Shown: piece after piece, positions 49,511 through 61,017 of the stretch | How positions within the stretch are numbered: position 1 is the stretch's first letter | Layout: every line of letters starts with the position of its first letter | Assembly: GCF_037042905.1 (NCBI RefSeq) | Contig: NC_087263.1 | Span: 7,690,001-7,754,000 of the forward strand | DNA: 64,000 bases | DNA from: Lytechinus pictus | Taxonomy: Eukaryota | Reading direction: 5' to 3' | The notes under the pieces: generated by a model | What the model was told of the DNA's origin: nothing | Seen by the model: only the letters and a program-made list of their open reading frames with translations | Database searches by the model: none | Position numbers and translations under genes: made by a program

Positions 49511-51650
49511 GGACTTTGCCCGTTAGCTTGATGAGAGGCCTACTCCTAATTAATTCTACTTAAACAGATATTTGACCTGCTAATTAACTGCTGAAATCAG
49601 TAATGCCTATAAAGAATGTATAGAGACTAACCGGTTTTAGTGAGCAACAGGCTCAGATTATAGTAATTTTTGTTGTCTACTTGATAGATTTACGACATAC
49701 TGAAGATCTCTTGATCTGTGTTTAAATCAGGGCAGGTGATCATTGGAAAGCTTTTTTTCACCAGGTTGTGCAGATAAACCAGCAATACAGCTTGAAGGTC
49801 TGCAAGTAGTCTATTGTGTTAACTGTCCCATTGCCCATGCATTGGTATGATAAAAGGGGGGTGGGGGGGAGAAAAAAAACACCTTGCAACACAGGAAAAT
49901 TGCCAGAATTGCAGATAAAAACTTTGATAGAGCATTGTAATTTACACATTTTAGTAGGTACCCCCTAAAGTAATTAGCTTTTGAGTTCACAATCACTACA
50001 GTTTAGTAATTATATTTGCCATACTGATAAATAATTTTGTTTTCCCATTGCAGACACTTTAAGACTTATTGAATGGTCTTGGATATGTATTTCCCTTCCT
50101 AACATGTACGATAAAAAGTTCCAAATAACAAACTACCCATTTCCTCTCCCATTGCCGTATGCTGTGAAAAGTTACATTTTTAGACTGAAAAATTTCACAA
50201 AATTCACCAAAAGTGTGCAAGATATCCTTCAATTTACTATGAAAAAGCGCCCCTTGCCAAACTCAGTAGCTTCGCTCCCTCGCTTTGTTTCTTGGAATTT
50301 TTTTAATCGTTTTGCCACCCCAAGGAAAAAAATTCTGCATACTGCCATGCCCTCTCTCAATATGCCGACTGCCTGACCAGATGGGTGAAACTAATTGTCA
50401 TAAATGCTTAGAATAGTATAAGATGCATTTTGAGGACCAAAAAGGTAATTTTTTGGGAGGTTACAGGCTTGAAATATCACCAAAAAGTGATGGTTGCTAG
50501 GGAAAATGCTGTTGCTAGGCAACACAATGGTTTCCATAGGTAACGGAAAAATCTATGAAGTACTCTATTATTTAGATTAGAACAGATAACATGACACAGC
50601 AGGGTATCTAAGAATGATCTATAACAATATTATAAAATCCATAAAATGATGCCGATATAGTCGTAAATACACACAAACATATTAGTGATATCCGTCACAT
50701 GCAGGGGTTAATCAAACATGGCAATAATGTAATTTTTCATGATCATTAATGCATTATACATCCTAGTCTTCCTCTTTTATCCCTTTTTCATCAAAATTCA
50801 CCTTCTTCATTAGTTTTTACAAATTAAAAACTAAAAAAAAATGATAAAATGAATTAATCTGGTCAAAAAATAAGAGAATATTGAAAAATGAATATGGTTG
50901 CTAGGGAAAAAAATGTTGCTAGGCAACAGTTTTTAAATCAAATATAGATCAAATATATATTTGGTTGCTAGCCGTTATCATATCATTCAATCTGTAGTGA
51001 TTTTATCCTCGTAAAGTCTATATTCATATATAAATTAGTGTAATTAATTAACAAATATAAATGATAAGTTACTGCTTTGCATTTATCACAAAAATGGGCG
51101 TGGCCTATTCAAGGCTGGTTTCCATGGTGAAGCTACACTGTGCGACACTTTTAATTCTCAGTTCTAAAAAATTCAGAAAATTTCCTTCAAAATGATGCAT
51201 GTTTTTGCTTTGATCCAGTCGGGGGGATTAAAGTCCCAAATTTTGGCCTCTCGCCGCTCGCCTAAAAGGATCACCAGACGTTCTTAAAGTCACTTTTAAC
51301 TTAATACAAACAGCTTTATAAAACAAGGCACCCCAGATTATTGCCTTGTTCAGACGCACACAGTTTTGGTTGGAGAAAGTTCGGAGAAAATTTAATTGTG
51401 ACCCTAAGCCACACTTAGATCTTTGTGAACCCCCCCCCCCCCCGATTTGATCAGTCCTTGCCTGGTCTTGTTTGCATCCTCTCTGATGTAGGTGTGGACT
51501 TGGCCTTTGAACATGGTCAGTCACATAATATAAACAAACAAAATTAACGTAATTTAGGAATTAATATGGATCTGCAGAGTGGGAGTTCATGTAGGTCAAG
51601 TAGACTTCCTTCTTAACTGTAGCCTGATTATTATAAACTCCAAGGTACCT

Positions 51651-52234
51651 AGGAAATGAAACCTTTGGAACAAGTAGGCTTCTGTCGAAACAGAAAAATC
51701 AAAGAATAAGAAAAAAGAAAGTTTGAGAAAAATCAGACAAATAATGAGAAAGTTATGAGCATTTGAATATTGCAACCACTAATGCTATGGAGATCCTCCC
51801 ATTGGCAATGCGACAAGGATGTGTGATGTCACATGTGAACAACTTTCCCTTTGATGGACTATAAACTACCCCCCAAAATGTCCGTTTGCTTTTTCTTATG
51901 GTGATACAAACTCTTTATCCATGATGTATTCTTTAAAAATCTGTATTACATGCCCTTCTATAGAAAGAACACAATGATCTACCGATAGATGTGATAAAAG
52001 AGGCAGTTTAAGTGAAATATATACTAAAGTAATGAGGAGAGTTGTTCACAAGTGACATCACACATATTTGTCTCACTGCCAATGTGAGGATCTCCATAGC
52101 ATTAGTGATCGCAAAATTCAAATGCTCATAACTTTCTCATTATTTGTCCGATTTTTCTCAAACTTTCGTTGATCTGTTTCTTTGATTTTTCTGTTTTCAC
52201 ACAAGCTATCATGTTCCAAAGGTTTCATTCTCCT
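51651..52234. mobile_element. Kolobok-type MITE related to family B, in tandem unit 3
   Basis: AGGAAATGAAACCTTTGGAAC ... GTTCCAAAGGTTTCATTCTCCT; absent from units 1 and 2, where unit 2 has cTTAAtgttcatg at this position. Confidence 0.8.
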
Positions 52235-52704
52235 ATAATGTTCATGTTTACAAAACACAACAGGTGGGTGTTTCATATACATGTAGCTGTTCGTAAGTTA
52301 GGAGTGACTGGTGAACCTATCTCATACGCTAAATAATAATTATAGTACATAATATGTAGCGCTTTATAAATTGTTTCTATGTGTATACGCTATGAGTAAA
52401 GCATGTGATGTGTGTGGTACATAAAGGTTCTGGTTAAATTTAAAAAAGCGCTTACATGTACAGATTTATAGATCCATGTATTTTTACCCCTGTTGGATTC
52501 AATCAGTCATTCCCTGCATACTATGAAACAAAATATTAATACACTTTGAGAAGGGGATAGGAATGATATACTACATAGAACTTGGCGAACAGGCCTAGAC
52601 TGGAAAAAGGAGAAATCAAAGTAAAATGGTATCCCTCTATATATACATATAGGGCTATGGTACATTGTAGGTTTGCAAAGATGACACATTCACAAATGAC
52701 TCAC

Positions 52705-53230
52705 CTCGCAAAGGGAGGGGGTTCCAAATTCCAACGCTAAAGGCTAAATCCTTCATCATGCCACTAGTATAATGTTGCACAGCCAAAAAATATCAAAAAC
52801 AAGGAGATCTGAATGAAAACCAAGCAAACTGCATCAGGTGGAGAAAAGGAAAATCAGGCGGAGAATATAAAGCGAAATAGTTCTGCGAGAGGCAGTTCGT
52901 AAGAGAACGACCACCTGAGGAGGTTACCGACAGTTTAATTCGAGACTGAGCGAGAGAGAAGCATGTTTATGTTAATGAAACACACATGACCAGCATCATA
53001 TACTACTCGTGATAATTCCCCGACGGCGTATGCACTGCTGCTGCTGCTCGACATGGCTAGCAAGCTGTGTATAGCAGTGCATTCCTAGCTGAGGCAAGCA
53101 TGTGATGCAATCCTCCGTTACTACGGCGGCGTCCGTCGCAGCAGCATCTACATGTACACTGCATGCACACATGGAGAGATAATTGAGGCGACCTTCTATT
53201 ACTTGAGGAGGCCTTCGGAGAATGCATTAA
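52705..53230 (-). promoter_or_regulatory. Candidate non-coding first exon / promoter region of FRS2
   Basis: Strong minus-strand donor GAG|GTGAGT at 52705/52704 beside locally CpG-richer unique sequence; the FRS2 ATG exon requires an upstream exon. Inference only; upstream limit is approximate. Confidence 0.3.
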
Positions 53231-53957
53231 TCATCGCTGGTATGCATTGCAGTAGCAATTGTTAAATGCAAACCACCAGTTAGATTAAGGAGAGATGTCA
53301 AGAAAGAATTCAATCAAGCACTGCAAGCGATCAGTCATTTCAGAATTGTTTTGTGGTTAAAGGTTGATCAGTGCCCGCATCAGTGTCTCTCTAGTATAAT
53401 CATTCAAAAATATTATACTCTTCTCTTGATATATAAAACTTCATGTAGATCTTTTACTTAAATCACACTATTTTCAGCTGACAAAAATATGTATATGAAT
53501 CCAAAATAGCTTTCAATAGCTCGCTATATTTTTCTTTTGGCACCATAAAAATAGGACTATGTACATGTAGGATATACCGGCTACAGCTAATTTGTGACTT
53601 GGATTAAAAAATGTTTTGATACCAGTATGAATAGGCCTACATATCAGAGATGAACATGCACATGCATATTTTAATAGCTGCATATAATTGTGCACTTGAG
53701 CCTAAAATACAGAAGTTAGAAACCAACAAGGTCTGAAATGAAGAATATTTAAAGAGGCATCCCATTGCATTCCTGATATCTAGAGTCAGCTACAAAATAT
53801 GCCAAGGGTCAACTGCATCATCAATCGTATAATACTCCATCTCTAGCAAATCAGTTTGTATTTGGACTTGACTTTTGAGGTGTCAGCATCATTTTATACA
53901 GTTGTAGTCATGATAGAGAGATGTAACAAAATACACATAGTCTACATACCCTCAGTC

Positions 53958-54340
53958 TCATCAACAATCGTCATCCTCATCAATATCATCGTCCTAATCA
54001 TCATCATCATCACCATCATCACCATCATCATCATCACCATCATCACTATCATCACCACCGTCACCATCATCACCATCATCATCATCATCATCTGACATCA
54101 TTATCATAATCAACCAATATTCTTATCAACATCATCACAATCATTCATCACCACCACCATCATCATCATCATCATCACCGTCATCATCTGACATCATAAT
54201 CAAACATCGACCAATATTCTTATCATCATCATCACAATCATTCATCACCACCATCATCATCACCATCATCTGACATCATTATCATAATCAAACATCGACC
54301 ATCATTATTCTTATCATCATCAACATGTTCATTTTATCAT
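53958..54340. repeat. (CAT/CAC)n microsatellite with higher-order duplications
   Basis: Visible tandem trinucleotides, with block ctgacatcat..ataatcaa..accaatattcttatca repeated. Confidence 0.9.
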
Positions 54341-56658
54341 TATGCCTATATGTAATATGAAAACATTCACACATGGAGTATCAACACATGTACGTGTTGT
54401 ACCCCATATTGAAAAGCATATTGAATCTTACAAGTAAATACCAGCACTCATTGGAGACCTAAAGATGCAGCAAAGAAGAAAAATTGTAGTGGAATTGTTC
54501 GAAATCCTCACAGAAAAAGGGCCAACAGGTAATCTTGCTTTCCTCATAAAAACAGAGCGAGTTGCATTCTTCAGCAAATTCAAAGACTAATGTAAACCCC
54601 CGATAGAAAGTTCAAAGGAGCACATTAATTCTCTCAAATGACACATGACGCATCCACCACAATAGCACGTCATCCACATCTAAATCCATCTAGTTTATAA
54701 ACCATGTGACTTTTGTGTACATGTAAGCCTAAACAGCACCATATTGTGTTTTAAAGATTTCCCAACCATGATGCTATTACATCAAATAGGAGAACTAGAT
54801 TCCAATGAACTCATTTTCAGCTGAATTTATGATGAATTGTTTCTCACCAGACACCTCTGAAAGTACTCCCTCATGGGTAATATAAGGCAAGACAATCCCT
54901 TATTAGATATTCAGGCTTTATAATAAGAGACTGGATTACCCTTGTGCGCCCTATAGATAATTCAGTCTCCCATTAGGTGTATTAAGACTGACTCAATCAC
55001 TGAAATACCCGTAAATTTATGATAACTTGTTGAAGCCTCAAAATAATTGATAGATATCTTTCTTCATTATTCAAACAAACCTTGGGTATGATGTTCTTTA
55101 AAGTTACAAGCATGCGCAGTATGGTCTGATTATTACAGGTGAAGCCATAGCACCCGCAGCCTGCGAAAATACCTGCGACCTTGAAAAGAATCCCTCCAAA
55201 AGCTGTCGTATTTTGGACAATTACCTAAGTACTATTTTAAGTGGGAGCTATTTTCTTTCAGGGATATTACAAGCATTTTACTTTCATAATGGCAAAAAAA
55301 TCTGAACTTTTTATCGGGATAGATCAGCATCCTGTTTCATAAAGACATGATATTAGAACAAATGTATAATTTCTATAACAAATTCACTATCAACCAATCA
55401 GATTGAAGGATTTCAGTAGCTTTTAACTGTTACTGTAAATTTGTTATTACAACAGGTTTTATTAAATGGAACCCAGGGCAAATAACTCAATCTGAGAGTA
55501 TGCACGGTCTGGTAATCTCAAATTTGGAGGCGGTTTGAATACGCCTATCCGCTCATGTGTTTCACAGCTCATCAATTGAAAATATTAAACCCCCTTTATG
55601 GATTTGTTTTTATCCAATCAGGGGTCAATATTATGAGTATATATATCAATCATAATTATAGCCAGGAAATCTCAGAAAATTTTAATTTCATTTTTTTGTT
55701 CTTATTTCTACAATATCTAGCACCCTCTGTCAATATTGTAATCATTTCTCACAAGGGACCATTTGACCAATTTATTGGAATGGAATCAGTATACATATGT
55801 ATGCACTATATGTGCCACCATCCTGCCATTCCATACATGTAGGCCTAGCTACTTTAGAAGTGTTCCTTATTAAATTTAAATTGTGATCAAGTCTCTCTGA
55901 GAACAAAAAACTATTTCAGAGTTAATTACCTTGTGATCTTGCATAATGTAGTTTTAGTAAAACATTATTTTCTGGATATGTGCATAACTGCATGACCAAT
56001 TTGAAGTATGACCAAAGCAGTCGCCATATAGAGAGAGGTTAAGTTTGGCCATCAATGGAAATACCCCGTTCAGTAATTCTTCATTTTCAGGAAATTTGTA
56101 AATTTCTATGACCTTTCACCAAAGTTTTGCTAATCATTCTGGAAATTTACGACGACATCTTCACTGTCATCTGTCTCTCCTCCTTCCTCTCTCCTCATTT
56201 GCCCTATAGATATTAAATGAATGGTTTCAAAAGCCAGAACAGCGAGACTTCATGACTAATACCCTTTTAATAGTGACCTCTCCAATAAACTCATTGAAGA
56301 TGACTGCTCAACTTATCGAGCGCATATTTTTCAACTTCCCTGCTGAAGAAAAAAAGCACACCCTACTCTACAAACTGGGGCAACTGTCAATTTCTATATA
56401 AAGCTAAACCGATATGGTAGGTCCATGGCTAAAAATTAGAACCCAACTTGAGCCAAGATTCTACTTTTTTTCCAAGACAGGCTGTGCCTTTCAACTCAAA
56501 TTGTTTTATAATGATGCCACATAATTTCCTTGACCTAAAATCCTAAGCATTACCAAAGTTCTTCCTCCCTGGAAGTGATCAATAGATTGATAGCATCCTG
56601 TTTCCTTTCATGTCCCAGGATTGGCTTCAAAGCATCGGATCATTTTACCATTTTTAAA

Positions 56659-56889
56659 AGCCCTAGCTGTCACACATTTCCAGGCAAGCCTAGCGGGTGA
56701 TTGCCCGTAACTCTCCCGCAACAAAGTTTGGGCATGTTCAAAACTTCTGCAAATCAGACTTGCGTTCGCTTCTGCGGGCAACTGCGTGTGCGATACGTGT
56801 GAGATACTGTCAACGCAGGCGACCTGCGGGTAGCAAAAATAGTTACGGCAACTCACCTGCAAGGCTTGCACGGTTGATGTGACAGGGCC
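56659..56889. mobile_element. Harbinger-like MITE
   Basis: AGCCCT..CTGTCACA ... TGTGACAGGGCC|TTA; gttcaaaacttctgc core. Confidence 0.55.
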
Positions 56890-56915
56890 TTATAAGGAAT
56901 TACTAGCAAGCATAA

Positions 56916-57135
56916 GGAGGCGCAATAGCTCAGTCGGTAGAGCGGGGGTTTCGGATTCCGGTGACCCGGGTTCGATTCCCAAGTGGTGCGCTAGTGCCCT
57001 TTGGTAAGGCATTTATTCTCATTACCAGGTCCCTCGGAGAGGACCTTAAGCCGTCGGTCCTCTGGTTGCTTGCTCACAGGCATTCGTGCTTTCTTAGCAG
57101 TCAGGTAAAAACCTCGGTATAACATAACATAAAGA
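56916..57135 (+). mobile_element. tRNA(Arg-like)-derived SINE
   Basis: A box TAGCTCAGTCGG, B box GGTTCGATTCC, loop TTTCGGA; continues into a non-tRNA body shared with 43652-43852; (TAACA)n-like tail. Confidence 0.8.
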
Positions 57136-57147
57136 TCTAAATTGCAA

Positions 57148-57410
57148 GAGGTGTTGTGGATAAGTAGATAAGCCTCTGGACTTTGAACCAAAAGGTCCGG
57201 GGTTCAGATCCCAGCGAGGCAGTGACGTCCTTTGGCAAGGCATTTTTATCTACATTTGGCACTCTCCACCCAGGTGTAGTAAATGGGTACCCGGTAGGAA
57301 AGAATTCCTTGAATGCTCAGGCGTCAGATCAGGGTGGCTGTGCTAAGGCCGGGTAATAGTATGCAGCATAAAAAGCGCTATATACATGCAAATGTTGCAT
57401 AATATTATAG
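57148..57410 (+). mobile_element. Second tRNA-derived SINE, directly adjacent
   Basis: Degenerate A/B boxes (GGTTCAGATCCC), then cctttggcaaggcattt..cactctccacccaggtgtagtaaatgggtacccgg; same body as the 9.3-kb SINE. Confidence 0.7.
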
Positions 57411-57678
57411 TACAAAATCTGGAATAACAGTTAAAAACTATGACCTTGGGGGTACGTGTTTTATGGAAGTTGTCAGCACTGACTAAATTGTCCGTGCTGA
57501 CAATTTCAGAGAAATCCTTGGTTTTGATTGGTTGTGAGGCACTTGCCTCTGACTGTTACTATGGTAACTGTCGGAGAAAGCCAGTCAGTGTTGACAACTT
57601 TCATGAAAAGCTCCCCTGATTGACTGATGGTATTAAAGCTTGTTACAGAAAATTGTGCATTTGACATTTTGTATTTAA

Positions 57679-58280
57679 AGGACAAGTCCACCCCAACAAA
57701 ATGTTGATTTGAAAAAAAGGAGAAAATCCAACACGCAAAAAACTGAAAACTTCATCGAAATCGGATGTAAAATAAGAAAGTTATGACATTTTAAAGTTTC
57801 GCTTAATTTCACAAAACAGTTATAAGCACATTCTGGTCGGTATGCAAATTGGCACACTGATGACGTCACCCACTCACTATTTCTTTTGTATTTTATTATA
57901 TGAAATATGAAATATTCTAATTTTCTCCTCCTTGTCAAGTGAAACAAAGTTTTATTTCTCCCTGAACATGTGGAATTACCATTATTTTAACAGTTTTTGG
58001 TTAAGTTACGTTGGTCTTTAATGTCAAATTTGTAAAAATCGAAATATTGTATTATTCAAACAATAAAAAACAAAAGAAATAGTGAGTGATGGACATCATC
58101 GACTCTTTCATTTGCATATCGCTGAGTTGTGCATAAACGGTTTTGTGAAAAATAAGCGATACTTAAAAATGTCATAACTTTCTTATTTTACATCCGAATT
58201 TGATGAAATTTGCAGCGTCATGTTTGTTTGATTTTTCTCTATCGATTCAAATCAACAATTTTCTGGGGTGGACTTGACCT
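57679..58280. mobile_element. Kolobok-type MITE family A, intact TSDs
   Basis: TTAA|AGGACAAGTCCACCCCA ... TGGGGTGGACTTGACCT|TTAA. Confidence 0.9.
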
Positions 58281-60101
58281 TTAAACAAGTCTATATACAG
58301 GACCCGGGACCAGTATTCACTTTTATTTTACACTGTAAGCCAAAAGTTGAATTATTTATTTGGTTTTCTGCAATTAAAAGTAAAATATATCGATCATCTG
58401 CATGTATGTTTATAAAAAAGTGTCTTTTCAATATAAGTATCCGCCCCCTAAATTGATGTACCGGTACCTGGCTTACGTCTGGCTTGTCTGCAGTTTTCAA
58501 ACATGCATGTACATCGATGCATTTATAAATGAAACGTACAGGTAATGTATACTGCATGCAGCTGAATATATTTAGCAAATTATTTGGCTTCGACTTTATG
58601 ATGCCACAATGGTAAATAAGTTTACTAAGTACATGTATTTTGCTTGAATTTAGATTGATAAAGTAAAACACTTGGAACTGATCTGAATAAGAGTAATCTA
58701 TGTGTATAGCATTTTGTTTAGCCAAGGAAAATGCTACATGTATTGTATAGTAAAGAAAGTCTTAAATCAGTATATACTCTGAATTACAAACTGTAACCTG
58801 TACTGGCCCGAAGATCTTTAGTTCTACTAAAGCCAAATGGCCAATCACTTTTTTGTTAGTTTTATTTGTCTTTCAGTTTCAGCCAAAATCATATCACAAT
58901 CTAGATATCCACTGTTATCAACAAAGTTCATCCATCCCTTTAAGCCCCAGCTATAAAGTACCATGGCCTCAGTGTGAATAACCTTACTGATTGGTAATAT
59001 TTCACCACATCCATGCAAACAACAAGATAGATTATCACTCATTTGGTTTAAACATTATTCAACATCAAGGATATCAAAAGATACTGGCATGACCAACATT
59101 TTTTCCTCATGACTACAGGCCCTACTGCATAGTTAAATGTTTTTTGTTTTTATCAGGAAGTTGTGAAACTTTGCAGTGCATTAAAGGCCAACTACACTAT
59201 GCTTTTTATAGCATAAAGAAGTATAAAGTAAGACCATGGACCTATTACAAAGGTCCATGGTAAGACAATGTTAAGAATTTTCCTCATAAACAGCCAAGTA
59301 AAAATAATCCTCAGTAAGTTCCTAACCTAGAGACTTTAGACCATGTTCTAAAAAACCCATTCGGCTAGTCATGTATAAAACAAACAAAATACGGAAATGG
59401 ATTATTTCATTTTTCACCTCATGAAGTATATTCTCTCCATTGCATTGCACCCATGAACATTAATAATTTGTATAAGTGATAACATTTTTATCTCTTTTCT
59501 CTTAGTTGCATTGTGTCAACAGACTGGCCTTCACAAACCGTCATACAATGGATATATAACCAGTAGAGGGTTGGCCTATATCAACAATAGTATGAACTAC
59601 ATGTTTTCAATGTGTTTTTATGTATTCAGGGTGTGATTCAAATTTAAACAAAAGAAAATCAGATAACAAACAATATAAACAGAAAGTGAGAGAGAGTACA
59701 AATCATTTAGCATGAAGACCTTGGTTTACTCCCCTTCATGGACAATACAGGGCATTTTGACATCATTTTTCTGAATGAAAAGAAAATAACATTTTTGGTG
59801 TGATCCTCAAGGAGTAATGAAGGGGAACAATTTCCCATTGAAATGAAAAAATGTACGTGTATGTGCAGGGCACAAAAATAACAGGAAAAAAAAAACAAAG
59901 AGAGGAATTAAACAACAAAAGCATCGATGCACCTTCTGCATTTCCTCAACTCTTTATATAACTATAAAATCAGAGGACAATAGATTCAGTGAACCAAACT
60001 AATACAGTTTTGTGCTTTTATAGCAGAGGCCTACTGTGCATGTACAGTATTCTGTTTGTGTTGTATTTGTGTCATTTCTATCTTTTGCTGTTATTCCCTT
60101 A

Positions 60102-60491
60102 TACCCCTTTCATAAACCCAATAAAACACAATTATGCGGCTAATAGCAGCATAATTTGATCGTAAAATCAGAGGAGGACAAGAGTTATCCGCATTATTCT
60201 GATGCTGCTATTATCCGCATAATAGCGGCATCGGGACAAGATTTTGAGTTTATGAACGTATTTCCAAATAATGCGGATAATTGCCATGGTGCGGTCACAA
60301 GGTCACCCTTTTCCAACACAACCGCATTGGAGGGGGCGTGTCCAGTTGTCATGATGATTATCCGCCTTTTTCAGGACGGGCGCTCGTAAAAATAATTTAT
60401 GGAGTTTGTGAACGCAATTTTTATTGAATTATCCGCATTACTCTTAGGCTGCTAATTGGAGGATATGTTTTATTGGGTTTATGAAAGGGTA
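60102..60491. mobile_element. Harbinger-like MITE, TTA TSD
   Basis: TTA|TACCCCTTTCATAAACCCAATAAAACA ... TGTTTTATTGGGTTTATGAAAGGGTA|TTA; internal TTATCCGCAT subrepeats. Confidence 0.8.
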
Positions 60492-60571
60492 TTAATTCCC
60501 ACAACTGACTACCCTGGGCTGACCCAAACTTTTTCTGCAGATCTATGTACACTGTATTACTGTGTAAAAGA

Positions 60572-61017
60572 GGCCGTTCTCATTACGCTTTCTAAAACTA
60601 GTTTACTGGAAACCGATTCAGGAAACCACTTTGGAAGATCGCTTTGCTAGCGTTCCCACTTGATCACATGAAAGTGGTTTTCAAAATCACTTCACGTAAA
60701 GCGCTCTTGTTGCTATGGAAACGCTCTCAGTGGGGTGACACGTTTCGCGCGAAATTAGAAACCGCAGCATAGGCATTCTACACCTGTCGTGTGGAGTAGC
60801 GCGCTCAAAATGTGCGAAGATCGCTTCCCGAAGAACGGTTGTGTCCTCACTTACGCTAAAACCAGTTTAACGAGGCAAAGCGATCTTGAAAACTACATTG
60901 CGAGGTGGTTTTCCAAACTTGTTTGGAAGATCGCTTCCAAGACCGCTTTGACCGTTCTCACTACGCGTTAAACTAGTTTCCACTAAATATAGTTCTAGGA
61001 ACGTAGTGAGAACAGCC
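60572..61017. mobile_element. Harbinger-like MITE
   Basis: GGCCGTTCTCATTACG ... CGTAGTGAGAACAGCC; internal GAAGATCGCTT and AAACTAGTTT subrepeats. Confidence 0.7.

Larger units (their letters stand above)
40711..51264. mobile_element. 10.5-kb non-autonomous Academ-like DNA transposon with nested insertions
   Basis: AAA|TAGGTGAGCGGC...ACTTTAATCCCCC.G.CTGGATCAAAGCAAAA ... GCCGCTCGCCTA|AAA; ~200-bp imperfect TIR; empty site ccacaagAAAggatcacc at ~40151 shows a 3-bp TSD. TAG..CTA ends with a 3-bp TSD fit Academ; superfamily is inferred. Confidence 0.75.
39781..52320. repeat. ~550-bp unit repeated three times in tandem (39781-40330; 40331-40710 + 51265-51429; 51430-~52320), split by later insertions
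   Basis: Each unit has poly-C, tcttgtttgcatcctctctgatgta..ggtgtggacttggcc, aattaatatggatctgcagagtggga, tagacttccttct and ctccaaggtac. Confidence 0.85.

Noticed and set aside
53856..54095. Poly-Ile/Thr ORF
   Set aside because: Translation of a (CAT)n microsatellite.
56916..56995. Functional tRNA-Arg gene (also 37455-37552, ~43780-43852, 57148-57225, 9330-9400)
   Set aside because: Stems are imperfect and the sequence continues into shared SINE bodies; these are SINE heads.
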